Shown one piece after another: positions 29,951 through 43,355 of a stretch of 64,000 bases of DNA (position 1 is the first letter of the stretch; every line of letters starts with the position of its first letter). The notes beneath the pieces were generated by a model, which worked only from the letters and a program-made list of their open reading frames with translations, had not been told where the DNA came from and did no database searches. The DNA comes from Eledone cirrhosa (lineage: Eukaryota): the NCBI GenBank assembly GCA_964016885.1, contig OZ024742.1, forward strand, positions 131,440,001 through 131,504,000, given 5' to 3'. A program made the position numbers and the translations under genes.

Positions 29951-30284
29951 TGTGTGATTATTTTCGGCATATACCTTTGCAGACAAAGACATAGACACAC
30001 ACAAACACACATACTCAGCAACACACACATATATATGTGCGCGTGTGTGTGTGTGTGTGTGTACATGAATTTACTTATGTTTTTCAGGCTTCACTTCACA
30101 TATTCTCTTACTCGTAGTTGGGAATATTTTAGGAGTTAATCGAGAGAATGGTACTGATATTATTCTGTTGTCAGCAGTGATTATGATGTCAGTGATGGTC
30201 ATGAGTTTTGTCAAAGTCTGTTGTAGAGGAGGTGTGGGTCTTGTTATTGGTTTTTGCGTATCTAGAGTTTTGTAATAATGGTTC

Positions 30285-31368
30285 ATAATTTTGTCAGACG
30301 GCCAGGAATTTGGGAGTTAGGGAAGTTGTTTCTATTGATTCTATTATTTAACTAGTCCTATATTTTTCGACCAGGAAGGAATAACGATCACAGTTGTCCT
30401 CGGCGGGATTTGAACTCAGAATATGAAGAGATAACAAATACTGCTAAGCCTTTTCCAGTCAGTCAGTCAGTCAGTCAAACAGTCTCCTAATGGATAATAA
30501 GTGTTTCTGATTTAGACACCAGACCAATAATTTTTGCGGGAGGAGAAATCCGAATAAATCGACCCCAGTGCGTTACTGGTATTTTATGTTATCGACCTTG
30601 TAAGGTTGAAAGGCAAAGTTAACCTCGGCGGGATTTGAACTCAGAATGTAAAGAGCCGTAACTATGCTGCTCAGCAAGTTGTCCGACGCTGAAGCAATAC
30701 TGATACAACCCCCTCCCCCTCTCCCACACCCGGGGTAGTGGATCATAATTGTTTCTGGTTTAGACACGAGGCCAGCAATGTTTTGAAGCTGGGAAAGTCG
30801 ATTAAATCGATCACAGTGTGTTACTAGAACTTGATTTTCTTGACACCTTAAGGATGAAAGGCAAAGCTAAACTCGGCGGGATTTGAACTCTAGCCGAGAT
30901 TAGCGTTGCCTTTCATCCTTACGGTGGTGGATAATAATGGTTTCTTATATAGGCACAAGACCAGCAGTTTTGGGGGAGGAGACAGTTGATTAAATTGATC
31001 CCAGGGCGTGACTGGTACTTTCTTTTATCGACCCCGTAACGATGAAATGCAAAGTTAACCTCGGTGGGATTTGAACTCAGATCATAAAGGGCAGTAACTC
31101 TATGCTTCAAAGCATGGCGTTCGACCCTCTACCAATACTGCCAATCAACCGCCCTCACGGATAATAATTGTTTCTACTTTAGGCACAAGGCCAGCAATTA
31201 CCAGTGCATTACTGGTACTTTATTTTATCGACCCCGTAAGGATGAAAGGCAAAGTCAACCTCGGCGGGATTTGAACTCAGATGGTAAAGGGACGTAACTA
31301 TGCTGGAAAGCATGGCGTCCGACCCTCTACCGATACTGCCAATCCACCGCCTTCACGGATAATAATGA
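30285..31368 (-). mobile_element. Cluster of about five head-to-tail SINE family A copies
   Basis: cggcgggatttgaactc-like box at about 30401, 30626, 30874, 31062 and 31262. Confidence 0.9.
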
Positions 31369-33175
31369 AAGAGTTCTGTATTGGAGATCCACCTCTACCG
31401 ACGAGGTTACTTTTAACTGTTCGAACAACAGAACAGACTGTTCATGAAATTAAGGTGCAACCTACAAAGTATTTTACAGATGCACACACAGTTAAGGTAA
31501 GTCTAAGGAATATTCAATGTTACAGTGTAGGCGACAGGGTTGAACATATGTAATAGCTGCACATCATATTGTTTAACTCGGAACAACAGGAAATAAAGTC
31601 TTTGCTCAATGATACACAGTATTGCTGGGAATCAAACTAATAACCTAAAGCTCCTGAGCTGAACATCCCAAGGTCGTTGACATGTGTTTCAGCTTCCGAA
31701 ACGAGCCCACGCAAAATGAATCTACACTGCTTTTACCTGAGTAATGTCACATTTTATGGAGTGAGGTAAAAGTGTGAGGAGTTTTTACCTTGTTCTTGGG
31801 GAGGAAGGACGTCTCATCCTTGCTCTTGGATAATTATGGGTATCATCTGGTATAATATTTTATACTTAATACTCATCTTGGTAGAATATTTTATTGTTTG
31901 ACCTTCATAAACCACCGAGTCAATCGGGGTATTGTATTTTAAAATTTGTCTAGGTGTTTTATTCAATTCGTACGACGTATAATTGTGGGTATTGGGATTC
32001 TTGGGGTAATATTCGTGTTCTACTGTATGTGGTTGTATTAATTTTTCGCTGTTTACGGCTGTGTAATTTTGTATGTTATTCCCTCTTCGTTGGGTTTGCA
32101 TTCGCTCTTTTTTCGGGTGTAGGTTGGGTTGTGCTTCTTGAGATTTTGGTGCTGTGATGCCCGTGGGCGTGAGTGTCACATCGCAGCTGCTGATGATGTT
32201 AAAGTAGGTGTTTGTGTTAAGGGCGTTTTGGCATCAAATTTCATGTTCACTTTTTTCTTAATGAATTTGGATGTTCTTTAGTGGGAGACTGTTTGTCATT
32301 CCTCTCTCTTGCCACAAATCATGTTCTTTCTTTCACGTCCTAATGGATAACCGCAAGTAGTTGAGGAATTGATAATTAAAATGACAACAGAGTCAGCTTG
32401 AACTCAAAACTGCCACAATAACAATGGACTAGGATAAAACCTCGCTCCTCACTGGTACTAGGGCGTGGGAATTTGTCTCTGCCACTCTCCCTAATCTGGT
32501 GATCCCACTACGCAAGGCGTTTTCGATATGGGTTTTGGTGGCACATATGTCCTGGGGTGACGTTACACTAACTATACAGTAAGTCACTGTACAACAATGT
32601 CTGTTTTCCACCACATCAGCTGGAAATTTGAAACTCACACCGTGATCCTTCTTTTCTACCATCTGCTTTATCTCCCTTCTTCCTTTCCGAGATTCATCTT
32701 TGCTAAATTATCGGGACCGCGAAGGAAGCGGTTGATATGAGGGGAATATTTCCTATGTTATTAGCAACGTCTTCAGTTGTCTATGTCACTGTGTCTTTCT
32801 TTGATCGGGGTACAAATAGTTAGTTGTCTGGTCGAATGACTGGCTACCATAGTGGCTGGCTGGATATATGGTTGAGTGGTTTGTTATTTTTCTGTGCTAT
32901 TGTTGCTTTTATTTTTGGTGTTCCAATTGTTGTTTTTGTTGATGATATTGTTGTTGTTGTTGTTGTTGATGGCATTGCTATTGCTGTTGCTGCAACTGCA
33001 GTCATTGCTGGTGGCAGCAGCTTTGCTGGTTGTATCTGTAATAGTGTTCCGGACCTTGGCTTTATTTTCATAATTTGAAATAAATTATATTAAAAATTAG
33101 TGGTAGATTGGAAATAATCTATAAAGAAACATACATCTCTGTCTCAACCCCACTCTCTCCCTCTTTCCCTCTGTC

Positions 33176-33202
<27 letters not shown>

Positions 33203-33206
<4 letters not shown>

Positions 33207-33870
33207 TAAGATAAGCAGAACAAGGAAAATTCAACCAATTTTTCAAAATAAACTTGAATTTTACTTGTTCTGCTTATCTTAATATTAAAGTTCTGGTATA
33301 TCAAATTAATACCATCGAACAACCTTGAATCATAGACAACCTATGTATTTCTAGGGGTACTTAGTATCTTTGGACATATTAACTTCATTCATTATCCTCC
33401 GTTATGTAGAGAACAAATCTGTTGTTCTATTTAGCTGCTATTTTTTTAGTAGTAATTATAGACAGCAAGTCTATGGTTTTCCTGCTTTTACTTCGGTCCG
33501 GTTTACATACGGGTCACTTTTACGACCTTTCAGACCTGTATTAGCTGGCAGGAGGTCATATATTTTATCGTTCCTAGGTTGTTTAGCCCTAGGAAAGGAA
33601 AATGCTTCTCTGATGAGCTTTGGTTTTCCATCATATATCCATTGGATTCTGGGGTTTTACAAAGCGAAACTGATCAGTAAGGGCCATTAGAAGAGGTAAA
33701 TATTTATATATTTTTTAATTTATTTTGAAAAATTGGTTGAATTTTACTTGTTCTGCTTATCTTAATATTAAAGTTCTGGTATAACAAATTAATACCATCG
33801 AACAACCTTGAATCATAGACAACCTATGTATTTCTAGGGGTACTTAGTATCTTTGGACATATTAACTTCA

Positions 33871-33874
<4 letters not shown>
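33203..33874 (+). mobile_element. Non-coding Penelope-like/retrozyme-like insertion: inverted head + ~1.3 tandem units of ~483 bp
   Basis: 33203-33253 is the reverse complement of ~33719-33769; 33254-33392 is repeated at ~33737-33874; (TA)n on both sides; contains a hammerhead. Confidence 0.88.
33601..33688 (+). ncRNA. Type I hammerhead ribozyme motif
   Basis: Stem I aatgcttct/agggccatt; CTGATGA; stem II gctttg/caaagc; GAAAC-tgatca-GTA; palindromic ACTGATCAGT. Confidence 0.85.
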
Positions 33875-33947
<73 letters not shown>

Positions 33948-33969
33948 TATATTATATATATATTAATTT

Positions 33970-34616
33970 ATTAAAATAACAGATTAAAGTTTAAGCAAAG
34001 AATCCCTGCTTTCACCCTTAACAGGATCTTCTGAAACTACTAAAGTCAATCTGTAAACGCAGAACTGGATATTTAAAAAAAACGTTGCAACCGTAGGAAG
34101 ACAGGAAGACGATACTTTGGTTCGTGGAAACGTTCCCTGGCAAAGAACGGGAAAAAACGAATATAATACGTCATAAATAGGAGCGGTGAAAAACAATTAC
34201 ACGCAAAGACAGAACCACGTTTATGGTATAAAAGAAGTCGTAGACTAATGTTCTATTAGGTGGTTCGTAGAGACGTTCTCTGGCAATGAACGAAAAAAAA
34301 ACGAAGATAGTACGTCATATGTGGTGCGTGGAGAACAATTGCACGCAAAGACAAAACCACGTAAATGGTATAACTGAAGTCGTAGACTAAATTCTAACTA
34401 GGAAAGCGAACGAATCTCCGCTTCAGAGTTAAGAAAAAAGTAAATAAATACAATACAGAGGTAATAGAAATTAAATAAATACATACACGCATACAAATAC
34501 GTACATACACAAGCATACGCGAAAACACTTACCATAGGTATACAAAACCACGCACATATAAATATGTGTGTTTGCGTGTATACAAATAAATAAATAATTA
34601 AATAAACGTATATTTG

Positions 34617-34618
<2 letters not shown>
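33970..34618 (-). mobile_element. Family B long copy with variant hammerhead (CAGAAGA core, 33988-34038) and ~143-bp internal tandem duplication
   Basis: Shares terminus with 35865-36020; duplicated units start at about 34119 and 34262. Confidence 0.75.
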
Positions 34619-34674
<56 letters not shown>

Positions 34675-34729
34675 CGGCGATGAATTAGTTTTGCGAGGTT
34701 TTTTATATGAAATCGTGTGTCGAAACAGA

Positions 34730-35474
34730 TATTGTTATATTTGGGGAGGGTCATATTTGCGTAATATTGCCAGAATTAATAACAGAACACACTCACTGTT
34801 TGGTTGGTTTTCGCTTCTCGCTGTCTTTTATATCTGCGGTCTAACTTACTCGGTCCTCAATGTTGCCATTGACTGACCGACGGTCAAAAATAATACAGAT
34901 ACAATATAGATATAGACACAAACACATATATATAGTTTACATAATTTACATAAATCTTTCGTTGCACATCTGCAACATCGTCAGTGGTGTTATGTTCATT
35001 GTTCCTCCTGTTGTGTTGTATGTCTACGCCATTTTTTATTCAGTCTGTCTATATATTTATTTATTTATTTGCTTGTTTGTTTATCTTATTTTATTTTGTC
35101 TTCTTTGCGCATGCGTTTGCGTGTGTGTATAGTGTTATGTGTGATGTGTGACTAGTGTGTATAGTGTTGTGTCTGCTGGGTGACTAGTGTGTGTTTATGT
35201 GCTTGTTGTTATTGTGCTTGTGTATGTATTTATTTATCTTATTTTATTTTATTTTATTTTATTTACTTATTTATACTTCTCTTATATGTGTTTGTGTCTA
35301 TATTGTATCTGTATTATTTTTGACCGTCGGTCAGTCAATGGCAACATTGAGGACCGAGTAAGTTAGACCGCAGATATAAAAGACAGCGAGAAGCGAAAAC
35401 CAACCAAACAGTGAGTGTGTTCTGTTATTAATTCTGGCAATATTACGCACATATGACCCCCCCCCCCCAAATAT

Positions 35475-35481
<7 letters not shown>
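34730..35481. repeat. Fold-back element: ~200-bp inverted arms around ~350-bp spacer, in (TA)n
   Basis: 34730-34931 versus 35283-35481; the ORF track gives the same peptide on opposite strands. Confidence 0.92.
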
Positions 35482-35518
<37 letters not shown>

Positions 35519-35519
35519 A

Positions 35520-35700
35520 GTGAAGGCGTGTGGCTGATTGGTTATAGAACTGGATTCATAGTCCTGAGGTTGTCGCTTCGATTCCTGGACCGGGCGATAC
35601 GTTATGTCCTTGAGCAAGACACTTTATTTCATGTTGTTCCTTCTATCTGGAGTTGTGACCGATAGATAGTATTAGCAATTGGAAAGACCAACGAAAGTCG
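35520..35700 (+). mobile_element. Second tRNA-derived SINE family (E); copies at 59325-59510 (+) and 47060-47200 (-)
   Basis: Box A tggctgattgg, box B ttcgattcc, core tgtccttgagcaagacactt. Confidence 0.82.
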
Positions 35701-35864
35701 ATCGATATATATAACAAAGAAAGTGAACATCCGAACATTGCTGGCTTAGTTCGGATCCACCTGCCGAAAGAGATGGGGGGGGGGAGAAGTGAAAGCGAGA
35801 GAGAGAGAGTGGGAGTATATCTACCATTATATATCAGATATATAAGAACCGTTGAGCGAATATT

Positions 35865-36016
35865 TATAAAATAACAGATTAAAGTTTAAGCAAAGAATCG
35901 CTGCTTTCACCCTTAACGGGATCCTCAGAAACTAAAAAAGTCAATTGACTTTTTTAGTTTCAGAAGATCCCGTTAAGGGTGGAATCAGCGATTCTTTGCT
36001 TAAACTTTAATCTGTT

Positions 36017-36022
<6 letters not shown>
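35865..36022. repeat. Family B palindrome centred on gtcaattgac (~35944)
   Basis: ~75-bp reverse-complement arms. Confidence 0.9.
35883..35933 (-). ncRNA. Type I hammerhead ribozyme motif (mirror copy 35956-36006 is mutated)
   Basis: agttt CTGAGGA t-ccc gttaa ggg-t GAAA gcag..ttgc TT aaact. Confidence 0.75.
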
Positions 36023-36100
<78 letters not shown>

Positions 36101-36104
<4 letters not shown>

Positions 36105-36358
36105 AACCTTGGTCTTCCTCTTCTAGTGTGTCCATGTAGGGGCTCCCAAAGGAGCACTGAGTGCAATGTCAACTCTGGATGTCAGTGAGCATGTCCAGCC
36201 AACCTCAGTCTCCTCTGTGTCACAAGGTTAACATATGTTGATGCCCTAAGGACAGTCACTGGTCTGTTGGAGATGCAGGATATGGCAGCGATAATGAGGG
36301 ACAGAGACCGCTGGAGAGAACTCGTCCATGGATCTCGGGAATTTTACCCGCCTTCGAT

Positions 36359-36360
<2 letters not shown>
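36101..36360 (+). mobile_element. RTE-type 3' end with 5' inversion, in (TA)n
   Basis: Minus 36101-36222 reads RRLRLAGH..LLWEP.HG..RRGRPRLTY; plus 36224-36360 continues RLTYVDAL...MRDRDRWRELV; aaggttaaca is shared by both pieces. Confidence 0.85.
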
Positions 36361-36392
<32 letters not shown>

Positions 36393-36584
36393 ATTCTCTC
36401 TCTGAGTGTAAACACCTACAGGCACAAAACAATATAAATAGAAATATATATTACCACGAATGAATCAATCAATGGAATCCATTAAAGCAGTCCAATGATA
36501 GGCGCGTTAAAAAACGGGGAAGCTAAATAAATAATATACGTATCCATATATGTACACACACGTATACGCATGCCTCACAGAGGC

Positions 36585-36724
<140 letters not shown>

Positions 36725-36811
36725 ATAGCAAAATAATGAAGAATAAGATGGTCGGCTGTACGACAGAGTACTCATAACCTCTAGCTGAATTACCTTAAAC
36801 GATACCTTGTT

Positions 36812-36854
<43 letters not shown>

Positions 36855-36891
36855 TATACATGTATATGTATGTTTATATGTATATGTATGT

Positions 36892-36922
<31 letters not shown>

Positions 36923-37017
36923 AATATGTTTATATATATATGTGCAACCTGCAGTATTCTTCTCCCCATTTTTTCATATATACATATATATATATATATA
37001 TGTTTATATGTATATAA

Positions 37018-37062
<45 letters not shown>

Positions 37063-37639
37063 CATATATACATATTTACATATGTATATATATATGTATA
37101 TATATATGTATATACATACATATATACATATTTACATATGTCTATATATATGTATATATATATGTATATACATACATATATGCAACTTACATATATACAT
37201 ATATATATATATATATATGTGTGTATGTATATATTCACATATTTTTATTTCCTTGTATATTGCAGTATATATGTGTAATATAAGTAATATATATGTGTTT
37301 CTCGGGTGAAATGGTAGATATACTCCCACTCTCTCTCTCTCTCTCTCTCTCTTTCACTTCTCTTTGCTATCTCCCCCTCTCTCACTTATTCTGTAGCTTC
37401 TGTATGTCATTCCTCTGCCTCACCTTTCTCTCCTCTCCCTCCACTCTCAGTTCATCTGACCACTGATATGTTAACATGCATTGAATCTAGTTTGGGTCGC
37501 AATTGCCGTTAGGCAACGTGCAACAGGTCATTGGCACCTCCTTCTAAACATATTAATGACAAACATTGATCACAGCTTCACCTCCCACCGCTTCTCTTTC
37601 ACCATTACATCTATCACCCCCCCCCCCCCTCTCCACTAA

Positions 37640-38550
37640 CACCACCACAAAACACCATCTCACCACCATCAACCAACAACACCTTCACCTCCACCACAAC
37701 CAACAACCACCACTATTACCAACGCCAACCACCGCCGCCATCTCCACCACCACCACCACCACCACCACCACCAGCACCACCATCGCCAGCAACAGCTGCA
37801 GCAGCAGCAGCACCAGCTTCACCACCACCACCACCACCACCACCAGCAGCAACAGCTGCAGCAGCAGCAGCAGCAACTCCACCATCAACCCCAACCACCA
37901 TCCCACCGCCACCACCATCCCACCGCCACCACCGCCGCCACCACAACACCCCCACCACCAGCAACAGCTTCAGCAGCACCAGCTCCACCACTACTACTAC
38001 CACCACCACCACCACCACTACCAACACCACCAGCAAGAGCTGCAGCTGCAGTATCACCAGCTCCACCACCACTACCAACACCACCAGCACCAGCTCCACC
38101 ACCACTACCACCACCACCACCACCACTACCAACACCACCACCAGTTCCACTACCACTACCACCACCACCACCACTACCAACACCACCAGCAACAGCACCA
38201 GTTCCACCACCACTACCAACACCACCACCACCAGCATCAGCTCCACCACCACTACCACCACCACCACCACCACTACCAACACCACCAGCAACAGCACCAG
38301 TTCCACCACCACCAGCTCCACCAAAACCACCACCACCACCACCACCACTACCACTTCCACTTCCACCATCACTACCACCACAACCACCACCACAACCCCT
38401 ACCACCACCACCACCACCACCACTACCACCACCATCACCACCACACCACCACCACCATCACCACCACCACCACCACCACTTCCACTACCACCACCACCAC
38501 CACCACCACCACCACCACCACCACCACCACCACCACTACTACTACCACTA
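37640..38550. repeat. (CAC/CAG/TAC)n cryptic trinucleotide array with higher-order repeats
   Basis: Repeating ccaccactaccaacaccaccagc units. Confidence 0.9.
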
Positions 38551-38915
38551 TTTCTTAATCATCCTTCACTCTGGATGACACTAGCTAATATATCTATTGT
38601 GTTTGTTGACTGACCATTGTACGTCCCTTTACGTGAAGAAAATTAGAGAAAACTCACAATCAGCACCCCGCTACTCTAACTGCTTTACCTCACCGTTATT
38701 TCTCTTATTTTCTCTTATTTCTCTTATTTTCAGTTCCTCGATTGGCTTATTTATGCCTTTATTATTAGTTTTTTAATGCAAATCCACTATTGCAAACTCT
38801 TGCTTATGGCTTAATCAGTCACGTAGTTAGTACGCACGCATGCACAATCTTTCTACACGCATGAAAACACTTCTGTTTATATGATATTTTTTGTGCTAAT
38901 TTACTAATATATACA

Positions 38916-38990
<75 letters not shown>

Positions 38991-39190
38991 ACACACACAC
39001 ACACATATATACATACACACACACACACACACACATACATATATTATATATATAAATATGTGTATGTATATATATATATATATAAATATATATAAATAAA
39101 TATAATATATATATATATATATAAAAATAAATATATAAATAAATAAATATATATATATATAATGTATATATATATATATATATATATGTA

Positions 39191-39222
<32 letters not shown>

Positions 39223-39275
39223 ATGTATATATACATATATAATGTATATGTACATATATAATGTATATATATATA

Positions 39276-39335
<60 letters not shown>

Positions 39336-39401
39336 ATTTATATATATATACATTTATATATATATAATGTATATGTACATATATAATGTATATATATAAT
39401 G

Positions 39402-39433
<32 letters not shown>

Positions 39434-39889
39434 ACATGCATATGCATATATACATGTACGCATACATATATACATACATACATACATACATACATACATA
39501 CATAAATATATATGCACATATATGCAAACTTATGCAATGAGGTGATGAGGGGCTTGGGCACATAGAGAGAATCTTCGAAATGCTGTGATATGTACGTTGG
39601 CACTTAAAGAACAACAACAATGGGGACTCTTGAAATAACAACAACAATACAACAACAACTGTAAAAAAAAGCAGACAGCAAGAACTCTAATAAGAGATGA
39701 AAAAATATTTATTCATTGTCAATAACGAAGTTTCTTTGTTACAGACTGTCGTCATCATTTCGTTATGTTCTTTTCTTGTTTAAGACTGCTTTCATCATTT
39801 AGTTTTTTCTTTTCTGTTAGCCTGTCAGTTTATATTTTATACACGATTGTTATTCTCGTATACTTCCATTATTTGCCTTAGTCAAGCAT

Positions 39890-40573
<684 letters not shown>

Positions 40574-41404
40574 TTCATTACATTACATTTTCAATTCACA
40601 ATGCCTATCGGTCTCGTTAACTGTACTTAATCAATTTCCTTTTAGCTTCCAGCTCACTTTCTTCATTTTAGTTATCATATTCACTCCTTTGCTTTTCTCT
40701 TATTTTCCTTTTCTTTTTTTTTTTCTAGTGTGATCTCAGAAGTTTCTACAACTTGAAGAAACAAATGAAATTACGTGAAAGAATAAAAATAGAGAGTGAT
40801 ATAAAATGTTTTCATAATCTGTCAGAGTAAAACCTTCACCAATTTTGTATATTCTGTTTGTTAACACGTTGCCTACGTTAACAAGACTTTAACATAATGT
40901 TCAGCGTTTTGCATGATTAAATTGTGATATTTCTGTTATTATTTTGGTTCTGTCTGATTATATTTATAAAAATGTAAGAGATACATTTAGGCGAATGAAT
41001 TGATTAAGAACCAGACACTATCCAACTGTTTCGAAATCCGTATCCTCTCACTCACTATCCCTGCAATGAGTTTATGGATCAAATAAAAAAAAAAATCATC
41101 AATTTTTAGGGTCCGTCTATGTTTTGTCTGTATCAAGGAATGAAGATATAAACAGCATTGCAGAAGTATATTGTCGGCTCCACGTTTATTTTCTTCATTT
41201 AAGAAAAGAAAGATGGCCAACCAGCGTGAAACAGACTGTTAGCTTCTCTTCCTTCTTTCGCCGAAAACAAGTAAGTGACATACAAGTCACCGACAGCGTC
41301 TTGTCTTCTAAATGTTTTTAATTAAACATACGGTATATTGCCAACTATACTATACATACATTCGTGTATACATCGCTATTTCAGAGCACCAATCCTAATA
41401 CATA

Positions 41405-41740
41405 AATAATAATTGTTTCTACTTTTGGCACAAGGCCAGCAATTATCACAGTCCGTTACTGGTGCTTTATTTTATCGACCCCCGTAAGGATGAAAGGCAA
41501 AGTTAACTTCGGCGGGATTTGAACTCAGACCGTGAAGGGACTCAACTCTATGCTGCAAAGATGGCGTCCGACCTTCTATCGATACTGCCAATCCCAAAAA
41601 GAAATAATAATGATTTCTACTTTTGGCACAAGGCCAGCAATTATATAACAGTGCATTACTGGTACTTTATTTTATCGACTCAGAACACAAAGGGACGTAA
41701 CTCTATGCTAGAAAGCACTGCGTCCAACCCTCTACCGATA
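41405..41740 (-). mobile_element. Two tandem SINE family A copies (second internally deleted)
   Basis: Consensus match. Confidence 0.88.
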
Positions 41741-41871
41741 GATATAATTTGTTATAATGTTAGATTTTCAAGTTTAGTCAAGTCTCTTTGTTACATTACA
41801 TATTCTACACGACGTTGAAATTTACGAGCATCACTGTTGAGTTACACTTCAGCAAAATGAAATATCCTTAA

Positions 41872-42084
41872 CCCTTTAGCATTTACATTACTCTATATTG
41901 TATTTTCATGGTAAATGTTTTACCTCACATAATTATCTCAGATAATATTGAATCAATGAGAATTTGATATTATTTATTTTGAGAAACATACCTTAACACT
42001 TGTATGAACAGCCGGTTACAGCTGGTTGAACAGAAAGTGGTGAAATAATTCTGGCCGGATATGGCCGGTTTAAATGCTAAAGGG
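41872..42084. mobile_element. piggyBac-type MITE
   Basis: TTAA|ccctttagcattta ... taaatgctaaaggg|TTAA: 14-bp TIR and TTAA TSD. Confidence 0.85.
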
Positions 42085-42990
42085 TTAAGAAACATTGAGA
42101 ACATTAACATTTTCAAATGTAGTCGTCCAAACGTAAATGATTATAATAATAGTCGCTCTTTGAAAATAATAGTAAATAAGTAACATTAGAGACGGAAAAA
42201 GGTAGGCAGGTGCATGCTCTGTTCCGATTTATCCGTACTCGGGGAGAACTTGCCCAAATGTGTCAACCAATATGTATTGTGATCAACTAGTGTTGATTTC
42301 ATTTAAATTCGGACCAATACATACCGTGTTACAATAAATTCATTTTCTTTTACACTTATCTTGTGTTTCAGAACTTCTGATTATTTATTTTGCATAACCA
42401 ATAATATGTAAAAGCTTTTCAGAAGTTTGTTGCAGCATCCCTATATCGAGTGCAACGGATGAGTTGCTTGCATGTCACAAACTATTTTCGAATAATAGTA
42501 TTATATTTTTAAAGATATACTGTCTACAGGAATTCAATCTATCATTTTCAAATGGTGTTTTCTGTAGAATGGCTATTATTAAACCTTTGTCTCAGATTTT
42601 GTTTTTATAAAATTACAACAAACATGTCTTTGTCTTACGTGCGATATATTAATTTTTTAACTTCTATACATTGAATCTCCATCTAGCCATTACAAACGGA
42701 ACTAGTTTCTTTATCCTATTTATAAAAATGGGGTAAAATGACGTTGGAGACAATGCATTGCACTATAAGCGTATAATTCAACTATTTATATTCTTTAAAG
42801 TCTTATTTATGTGCAAGCAACGCATATTAATCTAGATGCGGCAATGCACTTGGTTGATAATTAGATATTTGTCAACGCCGATTGACTAGATCATTAATCA
42901 GAATGGTCCAGTCGTGGCCATGCATCCTTTTAAAATTAAACTTCCAGAATCGTAAGTTACTGGGAATGGTCTGTTTCGCAAACATTATAT

Positions 42991-43355
42991 TGGCAGTATC
43001 GGTAGAGGGTCGGATGCCATGTTTTCCAGCATAGTTACGTCCCTTTACGATCTGTGTTCAAATCACGCCGAGGTTAACTTTGCCTTTTATCGTTACGGGG
43101 TCGATAAAATAAAGTACCAGTAATGCACTGGTTAATTGCTGGCCTTGTGCCTAAAAGTAGAAACAATTATATTGGCAGTATCGGCAGAGGGTTGGATGGC
43201 ATGTTTTCCAGCATAGAATTACGTCCCTTTACGGTCTGAGTTGAAATCCCTCCGAGGTTAACTTTGCCTTTCATCCTTACGGGATCGATAAAATAAAGTA
43301 CCAGTAATGCACTGATATAATTGCTGGCTTTGTGCCAAATGTAGAAACAATTATA
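42991..43355 (+). mobile_element. Two tandem full-length SINE family A copies
   Basis: tggcagtatcgg start at 42991 and ~43173. Confidence 0.9.

Noticed and set aside
30285-31368. CRISPR-like repeat-spacer array
   Set aside because: Whole ~180-220 bp units are homologous SINEs; no unique spacers, no cas genes, eukaryotic context
32824-33078. Hydrophobic 84-aa ORF
   Set aside because: Derived from a degenerate (TTG/CTG)n tract
37566-38558. 330-aa His/Thr/Gln-rich ORF
   Set aside because: Trinucleotide array open in several frames on both strands, TTG start, no splice or domain support
42422-42610. Possible exon resembling an LGR-type receptor hinge (VCC...DELLAC..LFSN)
   Set aside because: Similarity too weak, no donor site, and the frame stops without a 7TM region
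42991-43075. tRNA gene
   Set aside because: Box A/B present but with an expanded middle, no cloverleaf, and followed by SINE core and tail
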